From: Pseudomonadota bacterium
GTDB taxonomy: Bacteria > Bdellovibrionota_B > Oligoflexia > Oligoflexales > CAIYRB01
Assembly: GCA_031416315.1 (NCBI GenBank)
Contig: JANOTL010000217.1
Location: forward strand, 1-21,374
DNA length: 21,374 bases
Direction of reading: 5' to 3'
Part shown: in pieces, positions 16,524 to 21,374 of the stretch
How the letters are laid out: each line of letters begins with the position of its first letter
Numbering within the stretch: the stretch's first letter is position 1
Notes under the pieces: model-generated
Database searches by the model: none
What the model saw: only the letters and a program-made list of their open reading frames with translations
What the model was told of the DNA's origin: nothing
Position numbers and translations under genes: made by a program

Positions 16524-18428
16524 ATGAGCAACTGGCACGACAACCATACGACGGGTCAAGAGCTGCGCCTTTCGCAGCTGTCCCAACGCAGCAACCGAGC
16601 CTTCAAGGTCGGCGCGTTGGTCATCTGGGCGCTCCTGATGCTCGTCGTCGTCCGGGCGCTGGTGCGGGTCGACGATCAGGGCCTGCGCGCCGGTACGAAG
16701 ATTGCTTCGCTTTCCATCCAAAAGGGGAACGTCAAATTCCGCCCGGCGGAGTCGATTCTTTGGGTCGATGCGTCCCTCGATCAGGCTTTTCACGACGGCG
16801 ACACCATCGTTACCGCCTCGGGCGCGCGCGCCGTCATCCGCATCGGCGATGGCCAGCGGATCGAGCTCGGCGAGAACAGCATGGTCGGCCTCGACATGCA
16901 GGCCTTGAAAGCCGGCGGCAACGACGGCGTGAACCTGACCCTCTACAAAGGCAATCTCGTCGCCACGGCGAAGCGCCCGGCGCAGGTGAAGAAAGACAAC
17001 TTGCGCTCGATCTTGTCGAAGATCGGCTGGGACGACTTCGGCCTTCAGGCGCCGAAACAGCTGCCCCCGGACCCGCCCGTCACCATCAAATCGGACAAAA
17101 AGACGTTCAAGCTCAGCGAAGCCCCCGTGAAAATCGCCGCGCCGAAGCAGCTGCCCGCGCCGGTGAAAGCCGAGCCGGTCGCGACCCCCGCGCCGAAGCC
17201 GGAGGCCTTCTTGATCTCCCTCGATGAGACCGCGCCGGAGCCGGCCGTCGCGCCGCCCCCGCCGAAGCTCGTCGCCGTCGTGAAGCCGACCGGTCCGACG
17301 CCGGAGGAGCTCTTCGCCATCGAATCCGCCAAGCTCGCCGCCGCGCAAGCCGAAGCGAAGGCGAAAGCCGACAAAGCCGCCGAAGAGCTGGCGATGCAGG
17401 CCCTCCAGAAAGAAGTCTCGTTCGTCGACAACGCCTCGAGCACCGGCCCCGGCGCCGCGCTTGCCGAGCCGGTTCCCGGCCAGGAGCTGATCCCGGTCGT
17501 GACGTCGGGCCAAAATCTGACCCTTTATACCGGCGAGTCCTTGAAGGACGACAGCTGCGCCGCCGAGGACGTGCGCGTCGACGTCCAGCCGAGCATAGAC
17601 GGCATCAAAGCCTGGAAGGCCGGCAACAAGCCCAAGTCTTGGGTCGGTTTCCTCGATGTCGCCTCGTCCACGGACCCGGCGTCGAAGTTCCGCGTCTTCG
17701 CTGCGGCGACCCGCTTCGGCAAGCAAACGATCAAGATTCCGGCGCGAGAGATCTGCCGCCTGCCGCGCAGCCCGAACGCGGTCGGCGTCGCGCTCAACCT
17801 GACGCCCGGCGTCGTCTTCAAGGTCGGCGGTCCGGACTCGGTCGGCTCGGCGGCGACGCGCATGTTCGTCGGCTCGCTCGCGGACTTCCCGGCGATGCCC
17901 ATCACCGTCTACGTCACCAAGATCGGCAAGGCCAAGAAGTCGCGGCGCGGCTGGGTGCCGCAAGGCGCGGTGCCGACCGGCGGCTACGCGATTCGCCTAA
18001 AGACGGCGCAGGACCTTCCGGCGCTCTACGACCTGATCAAATCGAGCGGCAGCTTCAGCTATGCGAACGCCTCGGTCGACGCGATGGCCGAGAAGGTGCA
18101 CCTCGCCAGCAACGGCCTGATCCTCGCGACCGTCGGCGCCGCGAGCTATACGAAGGCAGACATCCGCGCGATCGCCGCGCGCCTCGACGCCAACGTCGCC
18201 TTCACCGGCCAGACCAGCTCGCTGATCGCCTTGCCCAAAGCGTCCATCAACCGCATCAACGCGCTCGAGACGGCGCTCGACAAGCAGGGCACCATCCGCG
18301 TGATGAGCCGGAACCGCATCGTGACCTTGCGTCGCGAGGATGCGCAGCTCAACGCCGATCAGATTCGCATGCTGGCTCGCTCTGCGACTGGAGCCCTGAC
18401 GAAGGACGCGAACGTCGTCGTCCCCTAA
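16524..18428 (+). CDS. Membrane-anchored FecR-domain protein with Pro/Ala-rich linker and unknown C-terminal domains
   Basis: N-terminal TM, then GNVKFRP..W..GDTIVTASGARAVIRIGDGQRIELGENSMV (FecR-like). GAGG precedes the ATG. Confidence 0.8.
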   Translation: MSNWHDNHTTGQELRLSQLSQRSNRAFKVGALVIWALLMLVVVRALVRVDDQGLRAGTKIASLSIQKGNVKFRPAESILWVDASLDQAFHDGDTIVTASGARAVIRIGDGQRIELGENSMVGLDMQALKAGGNDGVNLTLYKGNLVATAKRPAQVKKDNLRSILSKIGWDDFGLQAPKQLPPDPPVTIKSDKKTFKLSEAPVKIAAPKQLPAPVKAEPVATPAPKPEAFLISLDETAPEPAVAPPPPKLVAVVKPTGPTPEELFAIESAKLAAAQAEAKAKADKAAEELAMQALQKEVSFVDNASSTGPGAALAEPVPGQELIPVVTSGQNLTLYTGESLKDDSCAAEDVRVDVQPSIDGIKAWKAGNKPKSWVGFLDVASSTDPASKFRVFAAATRFGKQTIKIPAREICRLPRSPNAVGVALNLTPGVVFKVGGPDSVGSAATRMFVGSLADFPAMPITVYVTKIGKAKKSRRGWVPQGAVPTGGYAIRLKTAQDLPALYDLIKSSGSFSYANASVDAMAEKVHLASNGLILATVGAASYTKADIRAIAARLDANVAFTGQTSSLIALPKASINRINALETALDKQGTIRVMSRNRIVTLRREDAQLNADQIRMLARSATGALTKDANVVVP

Positions 18429-18569
18429 CCGGGATTCAGCTTGAGATAAAGGCAAACCCGGCTCGATTGCGGGGACGGCGCGCGCGGATACCCCGCCCGG
18501 GCCGCAATCCTTTATAATTGAGCTATCCCGCCTAGCCGTTCCGGCGCCCAACTCAGAGGCTCCCCCTCC

Positions 18570-20288
18570 ATGATTACGACGATGCTTGCCGCCCTGGCGG
18601 CGGCGACGCTCGCGCTCGCGAATCCGATGCGCTCGCCGATCGACGTCCATGTCGTCGCCCGCGACGTCGCGCACATCGAGGTCGAGATGAACGTCGACCC
18701 GAACGCCCTGCGCATCGAGGACGTCAGCGTCGGCGGCATCCCCTTCCAGAGGATCGACTTCGGCGAAGGCATGAACGTCAACACGGAGGACGTCGGACTT
18801 CCGGATTTGCCGACGATTCACCGGTTGGTCGCGGTGTCCCCGCTCCTCTATTACACCGTCGAGGTCCGAGCGGCCGCCCCGGTCGTCTACGATGCCGTCA
18901 CCTTGCAGCCGATCCAGCAGGAGCTGGCCGATCGCGGGGTGACCGCCCGCTTTCGCATGAATCGCAGCCTCTACGAGACCGACATGGAGATCGGTAGCGA
19001 GACCGTGCTCTTGCTCGACCGCGCGATCCTCGCGGGCGTCACCGTCCTACCGATCAAGCTTACGCCGATTCACTTCAATCCGGCGCATTCCCGCCTCACT
19101 ATCTGGACCAAGGTGCGCGCCACGATTCGTGGAGAGATGAAGACCGGAATCAAGCGTCCCGAGAACCTCCTCGAGCCCTACGCGGACTACCGCATGACGC
19201 CGTTCCGCTCGGCACAGATGCAGGCCCTAGTCGAGAACGCCAAGGATGTCGGGCCGCGTCAGGCTCGCCGCGCCGATCGTCTCGCCGCCCGCCTCCTCGT
19301 CCTGACCGGCGCCGATCTCGAGCCGACCGCTCGCGAGATCGCGAGCCTCGTCGCCGCCAACGGCCAGGAGATCGCGATCGAGGTCGTGCCGCCCGGTGCC
19401 ACCTCGGCCGCCGTACGCGCCATTGCCGATCGCCACTACCGAGAAAGCGCCCTCGACGAAGTGCTAATCGTCGGCGACGAGACCAAGGTACCGACTTACG
19501 TTTGGAACGGCGCCATCGTCGGTGACGCCTACTACGGCTTCCTCGACGGCGACGACTTCTACGCCGACGTCGGCCTGGGCCGCATCCCGGCGGCGACCGC
19601 CCTCGAGGCACAGACCTACCTGGCCAAGCTCCGCCGCTTCGACGAGCTGCGCCGCGCCGGGAGCGTCAACCGCGACGTCCTCCTCGTCGCGCACCGCGAG
19701 CTCTACCCGCAGAAATACACCGCCAACCAGGAGCGCATCCGCACCGGAAAAGCGGCCTCGCGCTTCACCTTCAGCACGCAGTATGGCGGCGCCGGCGCGA
19801 CCAACGACTCCGCCCTCGCCAGCCTGGCGCGAGGACCGGGAATCGTGGACTACCGCGGTCACGGCAACGCCACGGGCTGGTTCGGCTGGGACACGGCCGG
19901 GACCTCGTTCGACACCGCCGAGATCGCGCGTCTCGCGACGCCCGCCGACCGGCTCGGGATCTACTTCCAGATCGCGTGCGACAATGGCGCGTTCCAGCAT
20001 CCAGCCCGCTCGTTTGCCGAGTCCGTGCTCTTCATGCCGCCGAGCGGGGCCGGCGCGCAGATGGGCGCCGTGGCAGTCTATGCAGCGACTTACGACACCG
20101 CGCCGTCGGTCAACGACCGGCTGAATCGGTACTTGTTCGACGAGCTGGCCTCGGCCGCCGCGCCGCGGCTGGGCGACGTGACGCAGGCCGCGTCCAACCG
20201 GCTGGTCCGAGACAGCGGCGGCTCCGCCTCGACCAACGTCAAAACCTACGTCCTCTTCGCCCCGCCGGCCTTGCGGCCTTGGTTCTGA
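18570..20288 (+). CDS. Peptidase C25 (gingipain-like) with N-terminal propeptide
   Basis: Signal peptide, propeptide motif GLPDLPTIHRLVAV, VLIVGD, DAYY, DVGLGRIP, catalytic His in YRGHG and Cys in IACDNG, then FAE and GAVA. Confidence 0.9.
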   Translation: MITTMLAALAAATLALANPMRSPIDVHVVARDVAHIEVEMNVDPNALRIEDVSVGGIPFQRIDFGEGMNVNTEDVGLPDLPTIHRLVAVSPLLYYTVEVRAAAPVVYDAVTLQPIQQELADRGVTARFRMNRSLYETDMEIGSETVLLLDRAILAGVTVLPIKLTPIHFNPAHSRLTIWTKVRATIRGEMKTGIKRPENLLEPYADYRMTPFRSAQMQALVENAKDVGPRQARRADRLAARLLVLTGADLEPTAREIASLVAANGQEIAIEVVPPGATSAAVRAIADRHYRESALDEVLIVGDETKVPTYVWNGAIVGDAYYGFLDGDDFYADVGLGRIPAATALEAQTYLAKLRRFDELRRAGSVNRDVLLVAHRELYPQKYTANQERIRTGKAASRFTFSTQYGGAGATNDSALASLARGPGIVDYRGHGNATGWFGWDTAGTSFDTAEIARLATPADRLGIYFQIACDNGAFQHPARSFAESVLFMPPSGAGAQMGAVAVYAATYDTAPSVNDRLNRYLFDELASAAAPRLGDVTQAASNRLVRDSGGSASTNVKTYVLFAPPALRPWF

Positions 20289-20292
20289 AGGG

Positions 20293-20321
20293 TTGCGTCA
20301 CTAACTCTAACCAACTATAAC
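20293..20321 (+). promoter_or_regulatory. Candidate sigma70 promoter TTGCGT-N17-TATAAC for the amino-acid ABC operon
   Basis: Partial consensus match with 17-nt spacing in the intergenic gap, 33 nt before ATG 20355. Confidence 0.35.
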
Positions 20322-20354
20322 GAGAGGCAAACTCACGACGCGAGGCATGCCGCC

Positions 20355-21374
20355 ATGGCCGCAATCTGCACCCGAAGCCTCTTTCTCCTCTCAACACTGA
20401 GCCTTTCCGCGCTGAGCTTTTCGGGCGGCGCCGTCGCCGGCACCCTCGACAACGTCAAGAAGAAGGGATTCGTGCAGTGCGGCGTCAGCCAAGGGCTCGC
20501 CGGCTTCTCGTCTCCCGACGCGAAGAGCGAGTGGACCGGCATCGATGTCGACGTCTGTCGCGCCGTCGCCGCCGCCGTCTTCGGTGACGCGAAGAAGGTG
20601 AAGTTCACGCCGCTCTCCGCCAAAGAGCGCTTCACGGCCTTGCAGTCGGGGGAGATCGATTTCCTCTCGCGCAACACGACGTGGACCATGGTGCGCGACA
20701 CCTCGCTCGGCGTCGACTTCATCGGCGTCACGTACTTCGACGGCCAGGGCTTCATGGTCCGCGAGAAGTCGAAGATCAAGAGTGCAAAAGAGCTCAACGG
20801 CGCCACCATCTGCGTAAACACCGGGACGACGACCGAGCTCAACGTCGGCGACTACTTCCGCGCCAACAACCTCAAGTTCAAGCTGCTCGTCTTCGAGAAG
20901 AACGACGAGGTCGTCGCGGCTTACGACGCGGGCCGCTGCGACGCCATCTCGACGGACCAGTCGGGCCTCTACGCCGACCGGCTGAAGCTGAAGAATCCGG
21001 CCGAGCACTTCATCCTCCCCGAGGTGATCTCCAAGGAACCCCTCGGCCCGCTCGTGCGTCATGGCGACAACCAATGGGCCGACGTCGTGCGCTGGTCGCT
21101 TTTCGCCATGCTGCAAGCGGAGGAGCTCGGCATCTCCTCCAAAAACGTCGACGAGATGGCCAAGAGCACGAACCCGGAGATTCGCCGCTTCCTCGGTCTC
21201 GAGGGTGACATGGGCAAGGACCTCGGCGTTTCCACCGACTGGGCCGCGAAGATCGTCAAGCTCGTCGGCAACTACGCCGAAAGCTTCGACCGCAACCTCG
21301 GCGCCGACTCGGCCTTGAAGATCGCGCGCGGTCAGAACAAGCTGTGGAAAGACGGCGGCCTTCAGTACCCGATG
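20355..21374 (+). CDS. aapJ: General L-amino acid ABC transporter substrate-binding protein (AapJ/BztA family), 3'-truncated by the window edge
   Basis: Absent from the ORF track because there is no stop in the window. Manual translation gives MAAICTRSLF..GTLDNVKKKGFVQCGVSQGLAGFS..RFTALQSGEIDFLSRNTTWT..ISKEPLGP..VGNYAESFDRNLG..GGLQYPM. GAGG at 20342-20345. Confidence 0.92.
   Translation, partial: MAAICTRSLFLLSTLSLSALSFSGGAVAGTLDNVKKKGFVQCGVSQGLAGFSSPDAKSEWTGIDVDVCRAVAAAVFGDAKKVKFTPLSAKERFTALQSGEIDFLSRNTTWTMVRDTSLGVDFIGVTYFDGQGFMVREKSKIKSAKELNGATICVNTGTTTELNVGDYFRANNLKFKLLVFEKNDEVVAAYDAGRCDAISTDQSGLYADRLKLKNPAEHFILPEVISKEPLGPLVRHGDNQWADVVRWSLFAMLQAEELGISSKNVDEMAKSTNPEIRRFLGLEGDMGKDLGVSTDWAAKIVKLVGNYAESFDRNLGADSALKIARGQNKLWKDGGLQYPM

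Overview
High-GC bacterial chromosomal window with 15 supportable CDSs and no RNA genes, CRISPR array or mobile element. The gene families suggest a Bdellovibrionota/Oligoflexia-like or myxobacterial host (inference only). Left block (1-7888): a 5'-truncated collagen/tail-fibre-like adhesin, a secreted protein with a probable C-terminal beta-barrel, a DUF1566/Lcl-type lipoprotein, a single-pass membrane protein that looks like a FliF(ring-building motif)-FliG fusion, and a PEGA-TPR lipoprotein. Middle block (8009-12934): a PF10136 'site-specific recombinase' that looks like an FNT-fold membrane protein, a CDP-alcohol phosphatidyltransferase, a tail-less SSB, an SDR lacking YxxxK, and a GT2. 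Right block: a second secreted beta-barrel-like protein translationally coupled to a sensor-HAMP-PP2C phosphatase, a divergent FecR-domain protein, a gingipain-like C25 peptidase, and a 3'-truncated aapJ-like binding protein. The best candidate for an undescribed system is a non-flagellar trans-envelope apparatus built from flagellar-ring-like parts next to a fibre adhesin. All domain calls are by-eye motif recognition and need HMM or structure confirmation.
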